A DNA stretch of 64,000 nt, from NCBI GenBank assembly GCA_938005705.1, contig CALLML010000057.1, positions 1,427 through 65,426 of the forward strand, read 5' to 3'. Numbering within the stretch: position 1 is the first letter of the stretch; each line of letters begins with the position of its first letter. The notes below the pieces were generated by a model. The model was not told where the DNA came from. It saw only the letters and a program-made list of their open reading frames with translations, and searched no databases. This DNA is from an uncultured bacterium. GTDB taxonomy: Bacteria; Verrucomicrobiota; Kiritimatiellia; PWTM01. Position numbers and translations under genes: made by a program. Of the stretch, positions 7,906 through 16,749 are shown piece by piece.

Positions 7906-8900
7906 ACAAGATTGAAACACCGAGACGGACAACGATGAGCCAATCTTTTCGGTTCCGACACGCCAGCGAACTGGCCGGCGCATTTGTGATTTTTTCGGTC
8001 GTTTTGATCTTCGTCGGCATCCTGCTGATCGGTCGCGCCCAACAATGGTTTGAACCGATCCAGATTTACCGCATCACCTTTCCCGAAGAAGGCACTTTTG
8101 GCATACAGAAAGGGGCCGGGGTATATCTGCTCGGCACGCCCATCGGACAGGTGGATCGTATCATCGTGGACGACGACGGCGCCCTCCATGCCCTACTTCG
8201 GGTCCGCGGGCAGTTCGTTCGATTCATCCGCGACGATTCAGTCGCGGTGGTGAAGAAACAGTTCGGCATCGCGGGCGATTCCTATATCGAGATCACCGCC
8301 GGACGAGGCGCGCCGTTGACGGAGGATGAGGCCGTTCTCCCGGTGCGAAAAGACACTGAAATCACGGAAATGATTGAACGCATCGCCGCACAAGTGGAAA
8401 GCGCCCTGGTGCCGCTGCTCAAAGAAATCGAAAATACCCTCGCCGAATACCGGGGACTCGCCGCCGATTTGCGCAATCCGGAAGGCGAACTGCTGCGCGC
8501 CATGGCCGCCACCCGATCCATCCTTGAAGCGGTGGAACGCGGCGAAGGCAGCGTGGGGCATGTCCTGAAAGACCCGACGATCGCGCGGGAAGCGGAGGGA
8601 ATTCTGTCCAATGTCCGTCAACTCACCGAGCGACTCGAAGAGGCGCGCCAAAAAATGGATGCGATTCTCGAAAACATCCGTCGAGCGTCCGACGCTCTGC
8701 CGGAAACCGCGGACGTAGTGCGCGGAGAGGCGCGGGACGCGCCGGGGTTGGTTTTACAAGCGCAGGCCGCATTGCGCGAAGCCGAAGCCCTGCTGGCGGG
8801 ATTGCAAAAACACTGGCTGCTGCGCGCTTATATGAATCGTCCACCCGACATTGAAGCGCTTCCGGTGCCGGCGCCAGCCCATCGGAGGAGCGCGCCATGA
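7902..8900 (+). CDS. mlaD: MlaD/MCE-domain protein (N-terminal TM anchor, MCE domain, coiled-coil C-terminus)
   Basis: AFVIFSVVLIFVGILLIG forms the TM anchor. IYRITFPEEGTFGIQKGAGVYLLGTPIGQVDRIIVDDDGALHALLRV matches the MCE fold. The start may be the internal MSQSFRF methionine (7935). Confidence 0.75.
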   Translation: MNKIETPRRTTMSQSFRFRHASELAGAFVIFSVVLIFVGILLIGRAQQWFEPIQIYRITFPEEGTFGIQKGAGVYLLGTPIGQVDRIIVDDDGALHALLRVRGQFVRFIRDDSVAVVKKQFGIAGDSYIEITAGRGAPLTEDEAVLPVRKDTEITEMIERIAAQVESALVPLLKEIENTLAEYRGLAADLRNPEGELLRAMAATRSILEAVERGEGSVGHVLKDPTIAREAEGILSNVRQLTERLEEARQKMDAILENIRRASDALPETADVVRGEARDAPGLVLQAQAALREAEALLAGLQKHWLLRAYMNRPPDIEALPVPAPAHRRSAP

Positions 8901-9847
8901 CGGCAATGAAATGGCGAATCCTTCTTCTGCTTTCGGTATGCGCGTCGGGCTGCCGAACGCCGCCCCCGCCCCCCCGCGCGGAAGACGCTGAATTGGCGAA
9001 ACTCGCCCGCGCGGCGACGCTGGCGCATCGCTACGCCTCGCCCGACCGGGCGGCGCCGATGTTTCGCGCGGCCTTGGCCCGCGCGCGCGCCCTGGGCGAC
9101 GCCGCGGCGGCGGGCCGGCTCGCCTATAACCTGGCCGTCTGTCTGGCGGAAACCGGCGATCTTGACGCGGCGTTGGCGTTGACCCGCGAGGCGCAGCAGG
9201 ATTTGCGCCGCTCGAATTCGCCCCTCTCCGAGGCCGCGCTATTGGAAGCGACGCTCTTGTTCAGTATCGGTGACGGTTCCGCCTCCGAAGCGGCCGACCG
9301 CGCGCGGGATCTGGCGCGGGCGGAAGGCCGGCGGGACCTGCGGGCGCAGGCGCACGCCTTGCAGACTGAAATCGCGCTGGCACGGGGCGATCTGGAGACG
9401 GCGGCGGCGGAACTCCAGCAAGCGCTTCGACACGCGGGGCATTCCCCCCACCCTGCCACCGCGGCGCGCATCGAGGCGGTCAGCGGTCACCTGGCGACGC
9501 ACCGAGGAGATCACAAGCGAGCGGCGACCGCCTACCGGCAAGAGGCGGCCGCCTGGGGTCGGGCCGGACTGGCGCGCCGCGTGGCGGAGGCGCTCGAACG
9601 CGCCGCCGCGGCCTCGCTGAGCGCCGGTGACGCTGCCGCCGCGGCGCAAGCATGGCTCGATGCCGCGCGATCCCGCGCGGGATCGGGGGACCATCCGAAT
9701 GCCCTCGCGGCGCTGGACCGTATTGCCCGACTTCCGGAGGATCGCGCCGACCCGCTCATTCGGGCATCCGCGGCGCGGCTGCGTCAGGAACTCGAATCTC
9801 GCCGGTCATCGGAAACCCCTAACGCTATTCCGGGCGCCACACCTTGA
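8897..9847 (+). CDS. Ala-rich TPR-like lipoprotein (signal peptide + lipobox ASGC), last gene of the Mla-like operon
   Basis: N-terminus MTAMKWRILLLLSVCASGC. The body is Ala/Arg-rich helical-repeat sequence. It overlaps the MCE gene by 4 bp. Confidence 0.5.
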   Translation: MTAMKWRILLLLSVCASGCRTPPPPPRAEDAELAKLARAATLAHRYASPDRAAPMFRAALARARALGDAAAAGRLAYNLAVCLAETGDLDAALALTREAQQDLRRSNSPLSEAALLEATLLFSIGDGSASEAADRARDLARAEGRRDLRAQAHALQTEIALARGDLETAAAELQQALRHAGHSPHPATAARIEAVSGHLATHRGDHKRAATAYRQEAAAWGRAGLARRVAEALERAAAASLSAGDAAAAAQAWLDAARSRAGSGDHPNALAALDRIARLPEDRADPLIRASAARLRQELESRRSSETPNAIPGATP

Positions 9848-10313
9848 TCGGAAGGCGCACTCGACCCCATTCCACCGCCTGCTGATGGCGCCGAAAAAAG
9901 ACATCTATCCGGTAGCCTTTGATGTCCGATCCCACGTCCTCGACGCGTCCGTAGCCGTAACCCGGCACATACATGATCGTTCCGAAGGGGAAAAGACGGG
10001 TGTCGGCCGCAATGGTGCCGGGACGCGCCGCCGCGCCGCTGGCCGTAATGCCGACTTTTTTGTGCTGACCTTTCAACGGCCCACTCGAATAGACCGGTTG
10101 CAGGAGCCAGTTACGGTGCCAACCTGTGCACTTGCCACAGGGACAATAAGCGGTGACCTCCATTTCAATTGTCTCGTGACGATCGCGACGTTCCGGCGGA
10201 AGGGTGCGTAAAAGCGCACTGCGATCGGCGCACCCCGCCAGCATACCGCCCAGAAGCGACACGGCGGCCAACGGCGCGATCCACCAGGGCGGACATGTTT
10301 TCGCGCGCGCCAT
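9825..10313 (-). CDS. 3D-domain (MltA-like) lipoprotein
   Basis: Lipobox LLGGMLAGC. VTAYCPCGKCTG...GTIAADTRLFPFGTIMYVPGYGYGRVEDVGSDIKGYRIDVFF matches the 3D (Asp-Asp-Asp) cell-wall-binding domain. Confidence 0.65.
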   Translation of the reverse strand: MARAKTCPPWWIAPLAAVSLLGGMLAGCADRSALLRTLPPERRDRHETIEMEVTAYCPCGKCTGWHRNWLLQPVYSSGPLKGQHKKVGITASGAAARPGTIAADTRLFPFGTIMYVPGYGYGRVEDVGSDIKGYRIDVFFRRHQQAVEWGRVRLPIKVWRPE

Positions 10314-10587
10314 ACTCAGATTTTAGCTGACGTTGCCACCCCCCGTCAGCCATTTTTTGCAACCGCGAATCTCTGACGACGAAGCGCCGATTGCCGATTC
10401 GTCACCGACGCATTCGCCGGACAGGGGAATGCCCGCCCTATCAGCGTGAAGATCCGTCATTACTCCACCGAAGATCCGAGCCCGACAGCGGCAGCTACCG
10501 CGAAGGCCCTCTATGGCTGGTATGGCTTGAGACGGAGATGTCGAGCATTCAACATGGCAGTCAATATCGATTGGCAGAACCAGTTCA

Positions 10588-10638
10588 TTTTCCAAGGCTT
10601 GGAAGAAGCGGCCTGTTCTTTTTCCAAGCCTTGGAAAA
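10588..10638. repeat. Tandem pair of 15-bp perfect palindromes TTCCAAG-G-CTTGGAA and TTCCAAG-C-CTTGGAA separated by 17 bp
   Basis: Read directly at 10590-10604 and 10622-10636. Each copy is self-complementary and the two are reverse complements of each other, so a 15-17 bp hairpin is also possible. Located just downstream of the cstA stop and about 280 bp upstream of the 3D-lipoprotein gene. Confidence 0.7.
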
Positions 10639-10708
10639 AGCATGAAACCGTCGTCGAATTCCTTATTTCGGCCGGTCCCGATGGCCACAGAACGAACGGG
10701 CCTACTCT

Positions 10709-12523
10709 TCAAACCGAGTGAGTCACGGCGTCCCGTCCGCGAGCCAGCGTCCGGTAAGAAGAGCCGGCCACGATGAGCGCCAGCACCGCCAGTCCCAGGC
10801 TAACGCCTCCCACTAGAACGCTGCGCGTGGCGGGATCAGGGATGGCGTACAGGTACAACCAGGCCAGACGAACCAACGCGGTCACGGTGGTCACGAACAT
10901 GAAGACCATGGGAATAAAGACAAACCCCGCCTGCCGTCCTTCGCGGCGCAGCCATCCATAAACCACCAGCAACGCCAGCGCTGCCATGAGCTGATTGGAA
11001 GCGCCGAAGGCCGGCCAAATGGCCTGCCAGGCGGGTTTGCCCCCGATCGTCCGAAAAGCTGTCGCCGTGGGAAGGGCTAGCACCATCAGGGTGGTCCAGA
11101 GTCGGTTTGGCAAAGAACTGCCGACCCCGAACAGCTCTTGAACCACAAACCGGCCGAGACGAGTACAGGTATCGAGTGTCGTCAGAAGAAAGGTGCTCAC
11201 CGCCAGCATGCCAAAGGTCCGGGCGATGGCGGAGGGCAAGCCGAGCGCGCCAAGGAATCGGCCCATGCCGTCGGCAAACACCGCCACCGGTTGCGCGGCG
11301 CTCCGCGCGGAAAGGATCATGACGGTCGCCAGCGCCAGCAGGGCGAGCACGCCCTCGACGAGCATCCCTCCGTATCCCACCGTGCGGGCGGCGGATTCGG
11401 CGCGTGCCTGGCGCGCCGTTGTGCCGGAGGCCACCATGGAGTGGAATCCGCTGATGGCGCCGCAGGCGATCGTGACGAACAACGCGGGAAAAAGAAATCC
11501 CAGATTGCTTGCGCCGGCGTCGCGCCAGCCAAGGAAGGCGGGGTACTTCACCGCCGCCGTGCCGCCGACGGCGGCGGAGGTTAAGCCCATCACGCCGCCA
11601 ATCAGGCAGGCGTAAAGGAGAAAAGACGAGAGATAATCGCGCGGCTGCAGCAGCACCCAGACCGGCAACACCGAGGCGACCGCGCAATAGCCCAGCAGCA
11701 CGAGCGCCCAGAAATTCTTCGCCGACCCCAGGAAAACGGGCATCTGATCGGCCGTCAGCGGCGCCCAATGCCCGAACCACAAGCCGGCGAAGACGAGGGG
11801 GACGAAAATCAAGGTCGCTATCCGCAGACTCAATCCCATTCGATACACCGTCCATCCGAACAGGAGCGCCAACAGAATGTACGTCAATGAGGCCGTCGCC
11901 ACGGCGCCGCCACGATGAAGGTTGGAGCGCCCTTCTTCGAGCGCCACCGCAGCCTGGCGGGCCGCCTCTGCCGCTTCCAGCGAAGGGTTTTCGCCGGCGG
12001 CCAACGCCGCGGTCTGGTCGGCCTTCGCCTGAAGATCCGACAACGAGATCGGCGGCGCAAAACTGATGGCGGTCAGATCCAGAAACACAATGATCACATA
12101 GATCAGCGTGAACAGGATGAAGAGCAGCAGAATGATGTGGGCGGTGCGGCCCAACGAATCGCGGCAGATTTCCGCAATGGTGCGTCCCCGATTTCGAAGA
12201 CTGGCGAACAGCGCCATGAAATCATGCACGCCTCCGAAGAAAATGGAGCCGAGAACGATCCAAAGGATTGCCGGCGCCCAGCCGAAGGCCAGCCCCGCGA
12301 TGATTGGACCCACAATGGGGCCGGCGCCGGCGATCGAGCTGAAATGGTGGCCGAACAGCACCGGCGTCGGGGTCGGCACAAAATCCACGCCATCCCTCAT
12401 CTCCTGAGCGGGCGTCGGGTGGGCATCATCCACGCCCAGTCGTACAGCTAGAAAACCGCCATAATACCGATAGGCCAGCAAAAACAAAGCAACGCCCACG
12501 ATCAAAAGAAACAGCAGCGACAT
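10709..12523 (-). CDS. cstA: Carbon starvation protein A (peptide/pyruvate transporter family)
   Basis: 604 aa polytopic protein. FVPTPTPVLFGHHFSSIAGAGPIVGPIIAGLAFGWAPAILWIVLGSIFFGGVHDFMALFASLRNRGRTIAEI is a conserved CstA block. Confidence 0.85.
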   Translation of the reverse strand: MSLLFLLIVGVALFLLAYRYYGGFLAVRLGVDDAHPTPAQEMRDGVDFVPTPTPVLFGHHFSSIAGAGPIVGPIIAGLAFGWAPAILWIVLGSIFFGGVHDFMALFASLRNRGRTIAEICRDSLGRTAHIILLLFILFTLIYVIIVFLDLTAISFAPPISLSDLQAKADQTAALAAGENPSLEAAEAARQAAVALEEGRSNLHRGGAVATASLTYILLALLFGWTVYRMGLSLRIATLIFVPLVFAGLWFGHWAPLTADQMPVFLGSAKNFWALVLLGYCAVASVLPVWVLLQPRDYLSSFLLYACLIGGVMGLTSAAVGGTAAVKYPAFLGWRDAGASNLGFLFPALFVTIACGAISGFHSMVASGTTARQARAESAARTVGYGGMLVEGVLALLALATVMILSARSAAQPVAVFADGMGRFLGALGLPSAIARTFGMLAVSTFLLTTLDTCTRLGRFVVQELFGVGSSLPNRLWTTLMVLALPTATAFRTIGGKPAWQAIWPAFGASNQLMAALALLVVYGWLRREGRQAGFVFIPMVFMFVTTVTALVRLAWLYLYAIPDPATRSVLVGGVSLGLAVLALIVAGSSYRTLARGRDAVTHSV

Positions 12524-12807
12524 GATTTCACCGCCTTCCTTTGCTCAAGACTTCCTGTCTTCATCCCTCGAGGTCGATCGACCAGGCTGGATAGCGAAAA
12601 AAAGACCGTGCTGCGCTCCTCTTTACCCCGCCCAGGGTGCGACTCTTTGAATTCGTCGATCGTCCAGCGCGCGAATGGGGCCTTGATACACTGTCATCCG
12701 TGAGGCCCTCCAACAACGGATGTCCGGGATGCGTAACAATCGGTCGAACGGCCACAATATTGCCAGAACAACAGCCGTTCCGGCTCGCGCCAAAAAACAT
12801 CGACGAC

Positions 12808-13785
12808 TCAGTTCCATACGCCGCCCACTCGTTCTCCACACGATGCGCACGCCCCGTTGACAATACGATTCGCCGTCACCGCAAAACGGCGGCGGACCAC
12901 CAGTCGTTCGCCGCACTTTGGGCAAAAAGTATCCTGTCCTTTTTCGCTCAGCACATTGCCAATATAAACATATCGCAGGCCTTCTGCGCGGGCAATGGCG
13001 GCAGCGCGCTCAAGCGTGGACGCCGGTGTAGGCGGCAGGTGCCGCATGCGGTACTGCGGAAAGAACGCGGAAAAATGAAGGGGCGTATCAGGTCCAACTT
13101 CGCGCGCGACCCATCGGCTCAGGGCCTGCAGCTGTGCATCGTCGTCGTTGAGCGTCGGAATCACGAGATTCGTGACCTCGACCCACACGCCCATCTCGCG
13201 CGCGAGAACAATCGCCTCCTGCACCGGGGCGAGTGTGGCGTCGCACACTTCGCGGTATAAGCGGTCCGACATGAATTTCAGATCAATATTGGCCGCATCC
13301 GTCCGGTGGTACAGTTCGCGCAACGGCTTACGGTTCAGATATCCGGCAGTAACGAGGACGGCGCGCAATCCCGCCTCGCGCAAAAGGTCAAACGCGTCGA
13401 ACGTGTACTCATAGAATATCAGCGGTTCGGTATAGGTAAACGCCACCGAGGGACACTGGTGCCGCCGTGCGAGGTCGATGATCGCCGCGGGCGGCAAGTA
13501 AATCGCCTCAACGTTTTCCGGATCGGCCTGCGAGATGGTCCAGTTCTGGCAATTGGCGCAGTGCAAATTGCAGCCCGCTGTTGCAATCGAAAGGATGGAC
13601 GTGCCTGGCAGAAAATGAAACAGAGGCTTTTTCTCCATCGGGTCCACATGCACGGCGCAAGGATATCCGTAGGTCACCGCCGTCAGGCGACCCTCGAGAT
13701 TGACGCGGATGCGGCAATCGCCTCTCGCCCCCGACGGAATCCGACATTCCTTCGGACACAGCCGGCAACGGACCGTCGCACTCAC
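12808..13785 (-). CDS. Radical SAM enzyme, AmmeMemoRadiSam-system (AmrS) / PFL-activase-like family
   Basis: TAGCNLHCANCQNW carries the CxxxCxxC motif about 75 aa from the N-terminus. Length is 325 aa. C-terminal CPKCGERL...CASCG motifs match the AmrS pattern. Confidence 0.6.
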   Translation of the reverse strand: MSATVRCRLCPKECRIPSGARGDCRIRVNLEGRLTAVTYGYPCAVHVDPMEKKPLFHFLPGTSILSIATAGCNLHCANCQNWTISQADPENVEAIYLPPAAIIDLARRHQCPSVAFTYTEPLIFYEYTFDAFDLLREAGLRAVLVTAGYLNRKPLRELYHRTDAANIDLKFMSDRLYREVCDATLAPVQEAIVLAREMGVWVEVTNLVIPTLNDDDAQLQALSRWVAREVGPDTPLHFSAFFPQYRMRHLPPTPASTLERAAAIARAEGLRYVYIGNVLSEKGQDTFCPKCGERLVVRRRFAVTANRIVNGACASCGERVGGVWN

Positions 13786-13846
13786 GGGAAAAATGTACGC
13801 TCGCTGACGCGATCGCGCAAGACCACGGGATTACGCCAACATTGTT

Positions 13847-14785
13847 TCAACGTCGCACGGCTGAAATGCCGCGTGGCACCAGCACGGTCAAGCGCTGTTT
13901 CAGCACTTTGATCTCGATCTCACATGCGGGATCGAGGAGTTCACCATCCACTTGAATCGGCGACGCGCGGGTGCGCACCACACGAAGCCACTGAAACGAA
14001 CGGGTGCGCACTTCGGGCACGCGATCGAGTGTACCGTCAAAAAGCCGCCCCAACTTCGGCAGCACTGCCACGACATCCTTACGCAGCACGACGACGAGTT
14101 CAAGGCGTCCGTCATGTGCACTCGCCGAGGGCGCGATCCGAGCCCCCCCTCCGAATTGCGTCAAGTTTGCCGCGGTGAAAACGATTGGATCCACATAGCG
14201 GACGTGCTCACCGTTTTCAAATTCCACATCAAATGGCTGCGGCGTGTATTCGAGAAAGCCATAGGCGGCGGACATCACATAGGGAAAAACACCACGCACG
14301 GGCGACCGCTCGAACCACTTAACGATCTCGGCATCCCACGCGAGGCTGCAGGTTACGAAGAACGGACGGCCATTGACCGCCCCCACATCAATCTCGCACC
14401 GATCGGCGCGCGCGAGGGCGGCAATGGCGCGTCGCCATTGCAAAGGAATGCCGAAATGGCGGGCAAATCCGTTGCCACTGCCTGCTGGAATCACGCCGAG
14501 CGCAACAGGTGTTCCCACGAGCGCGCTACCCAGCGTATTGACCATGCCGTCACCGCCGACAGCGATGAGGGTATCCACCCCCGTGTCCACCGCACGAAGC
14601 GCTTTTTCGCGTCCATCCGCGGCATCTCGGCTAATCTGGTAGGTAAAATCGACGTGTTCTCCGCCCCACTCCTGTTCAATCAGGTGCAGGAGAGAAAGAG
14701 AGAGCGTCCTAGCCCCTGCGCGCGGATTCAAAATGACCCGAATCCGGCGCATTTTACGAAGAAAACCGATCCACGCGGCGCGCAC
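13847..14785 (-). CDS. Lipid kinase, DAGK_cat / YegS-BmrU family
   Basis: IRVILNPRAGA...LIAVGGDGMVNTLGSAL...GVIPAGSGNGFARHFGIP matches diacylglycerol-kinase catalytic-domain motifs. The start is possibly the internal MRRIRVIL methionine (14752). Confidence 0.7.
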   Translation of the reverse strand: MRAAWIGFLRKMRRIRVILNPRAGARTLSLSLLHLIEQEWGGEHVDFTYQISRDAADGREKALRAVDTGVDTLIAVGGDGMVNTLGSALVGTPVALGVIPAGSGNGFARHFGIPLQWRRAIAALARADRCEIDVGAVNGRPFFVTCSLAWDAEIVKWFERSPVRGVFPYVMSAAYGFLEYTPQPFDVEFENGEHVRYVDPIVFTAANLTQFGGGARIAPSASAHDGRLELVVVLRKDVVAVLPKLGRLFDGTLDRVPEVRTRSFQWLRVVRTRASPIQVDGELLDPACEIEIKVLKQRLTVLVPRGISAVRR

Positions 14786-14806
14786 GCCGCCACTGACGGA
14801 CTGAGA

Positions 14807-15568
14807 TCAGCGATTACCAAACGAATACGCAATCTTCAAACCGCCTATGGCATCGCGCTCGCCATCGGATTCTTTTCCGCCGTGGAAAGACAAAGTCCAG
14901 CTCGGGTTCGGCTTATAAGTCATGCCGGCGACTATTTGTTTAGGACGTTGGCTGCGACCTTCTTCTTTTTCCGCAACAATGCCTTCTACCGAAACGGCGA
15001 ATTTTTTGCTCAACTCGTGAATAATCGCCAATCCTCCACTTAAACGATTGTCGGCTTCAGGCCTAATTTCGTAACGAACGTCCACCACAAAATGGGTGTA
15101 CCGCCATGCTGTCGAACCTCCCGCGATTCCTGCGATCCCCCGGATCTCGCCTTTTCCAAACCCTTTGTCCTCATCGCCCGTGGGAAATGATGCTTCAGCA
15201 TAGGGCATGATATAAGGATAGTCGTAGATATCTCTCCAGGTCACGAGTTCAAAACCGAGGCGAACATCGCCTAAGCCACTATCTGAAGACCCCAAATCCG
15301 GATCGCGCACCAAATAAGGAACGGTAGCCCTAAGACTGAGGTTAGGCGTCATCCCATATCGGATGTATGCAGAGTTTTCCCATTCATCGGTCACTGAGAG
15401 CCCCAATATGCCCTCCTGTCTTTCCGAAAAATCCACCTTGACACCGATTTCCCACCCCTCGGCCGCCGGGCGCTGATCTTCGCGCAAAAGAAATGTCCGC
15501 TCAGGTGCCGCCAATGCTGATCCGATGCCCAACATTGCTGCCCAAAGACTAATTCGGACTCTCTTCAT
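14807..15568 (-). CDS. Putative outer-membrane beta-barrel protein with signal peptide (MetA-pathway/transporter-like OMP)
   Basis: Start set at MKRVRISLWAAMLGIGSALAAPE (ATG 15568, GGAGG RBS). The alternating amphipathic beta-strand pattern is rich in Y/W/G and the protein ends ...GGLKIAYSFGNR. The ORF-track start at 15721 probably overextends. Confidence 0.5.
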   Translation of the reverse strand: MKRVRISLWAAMLGIGSALAAPERTFLLREDQRPAAEGWEIGVKVDFSERQEGILGLSVTDEWENSAYIRYGMTPNLSLRATVPYLVRDPDLGSSDSGLGDVRLGFELVTWRDIYDYPYIMPYAEASFPTGDEDKGFGKGEIRGIAGIAGGSTAWRYTHFVVDVRYEIRPEADNRLSGGLAIIHELSKKFAVSVEGIVAEKEEGRSQRPKQIVAGMTYKPNPSWTLSFHGGKESDGERDAIGGLKIAYSFGNR

Positions 15569-15669
15569 GATCCTCCATTCCCTTTCTGGGGCCTGCCCAT
15601 TACCTGCCCTTACGACATACGGCGTAATAATAGAAAGACCGGCCTCAATGTCCAATAAAAAAACAGGGG

Positions 15670-16749
15670 ATGGCGTATTTTCTTCCGTTGCAATTTCACA
15701 TGCCCATATTTCTCTCGACATGCAGCAGAACGGTTGCCAGTGTGAGCTACATGATGTCTTCCGACATAACCCGTTTCCGCCGCCGCTCGCTCTGGATATC
15801 CGCCGCCCGCATCACGATCCTCAGCTACCTTGGCCTTCTGCTCTGGATGGGGTACGCCCAACGGTCTTACTTGTACTATCCGGAACGGCTCCCCTATTCC
15901 GCCGCCATAAATGAAGCGCGTCAGCGCGGCTTGCAACCCTGGATGGGAAATGACGGCGTCCTTTGGGGCTGGATGGTGGGACCTGCGAATCCGACAGCGC
16001 AACGCGCACTGGTGCTGCATGGCAACGCGGGCTGGGCCGGCGATCGCGTTTACTTTGCGGACGCCCTCGCCGCGCGACCCGGTGGCATGGCGTGGGAGGT
16101 TTTCATTCTCGAATATCCCGGCTATGGGGCGCGGCCTGGCAAGCCCGCCGAATCAGCGTTTCGCAAGGCCGCCCGCGATGCACTGGATCATCTGATCGCC
16201 GAACGCCCCGATCCGGTGGTGATCATCGGCGAATCCATCGGCAGTGGCGTCGCATGCCAGCTGGCGGCCGATCGTCCTCACCGCGTGGCGGGTCTCCTGC
16301 TAATCACACCCTTCACCTCGCTGACCGATGTCGCCGCTCACCATTATCCTTTTCTTCCGGTTCGACTATTTCTCCGCGATCGATACAAGTCCGCTGAGGC
16401 CTTGCGCGATTATGGGGGCCCCGTGGTGTTCGTGATTGCCGAACGGGACGAAGTGGTGCCCGCGCGTTTCGGACGCGCGCTCTATGAGGGATATGCCGGA
16501 CCGAAACGAATCTATGAACAGGCCGATCGCACCCATAACACACTGGATTTAGATCCTGCGTCGCCGTGGTGGAATGCGGCCATGCGTTTTATTCTCGAAG
16601 AGGCCGGGTCAGACCATCGAGAGGTTCCACGCGCGCAAGCGATCGAGACTGGGGACGTGCGTCAGATCAAAGTGAATGGGGGTCAGGGAGACGAACCCGT
16701 TTTCCAACGCCGCCAGATCCGTTCCTTCCGCATCGCCCGTGGGCTGTAG
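15670..16749 (+). CDS. Membrane-anchored alpha/beta hydrolase (GESIG nucleophile elbow)
   Basis: ITILSYLGLLLWMGY is a TM segment. ALVLHGNAGWAGD...VVIIGESIGSGVACQLAA...VIAERDEVVP matches the alpha/beta-hydrolase fold. The 3' 141 nt overlap surE convergently, so the start or end is uncertain. Confidence 0.6.
   Translation: MAYFLPLQFHMPIFLSTCSRTVASVSYMMSSDITRFRRRSLWISAARITILSYLGLLLWMGYAQRSYLYYPERLPYSAAINEARQRGLQPWMGNDGVLWGWMVGPANPTAQRALVLHGNAGWAGDRVYFADALAARPGGMAWEVFILEYPGYGARPGKPAESAFRKAARDALDHLIAERPDPVVIIGESIGSGVACQLAADRPHRVAGLLLITPFTSLTDVAAHHYPFLPVRLFLRDRYKSAEALRDYGGPVVFVIAERDEVVPARFGRALYEGYAGPKRIYEQADRTHNTLDLDPASPWWNAAMRFILEEAGSDHREVPRAQAIETGDVRQIKVNGGQGDEPVFQRRQIRSFRIARGL

Noticed and set aside
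10323-10712. 129-aa minus ORF downstream of cstA as the expected CstA-associated small protein (DUF466/YbdD-like)
   Set aside because: The sequence lacks the YbdD/YjiX hallmarks (no conserved C-terminal RCC, no PDYDNYVEHM block). It overlaps the palindromic repeat and looks non-coding.
10836-11855. 339-aa minus-strand ORF and several 140-190-aa plus ORFs inside the cstA region
   Set aside because: They are alternative frames or antisense of the CstA gene. The translations are dominated by R/G/A/P. CstA has strong family-level sequence identity in its own frame.
13952-15043. 363-aa plus-strand ORF
   Set aside because: It is antisense to the DAGK-like kinase and OMP genes. It is His/Arg-rich with no motifs.
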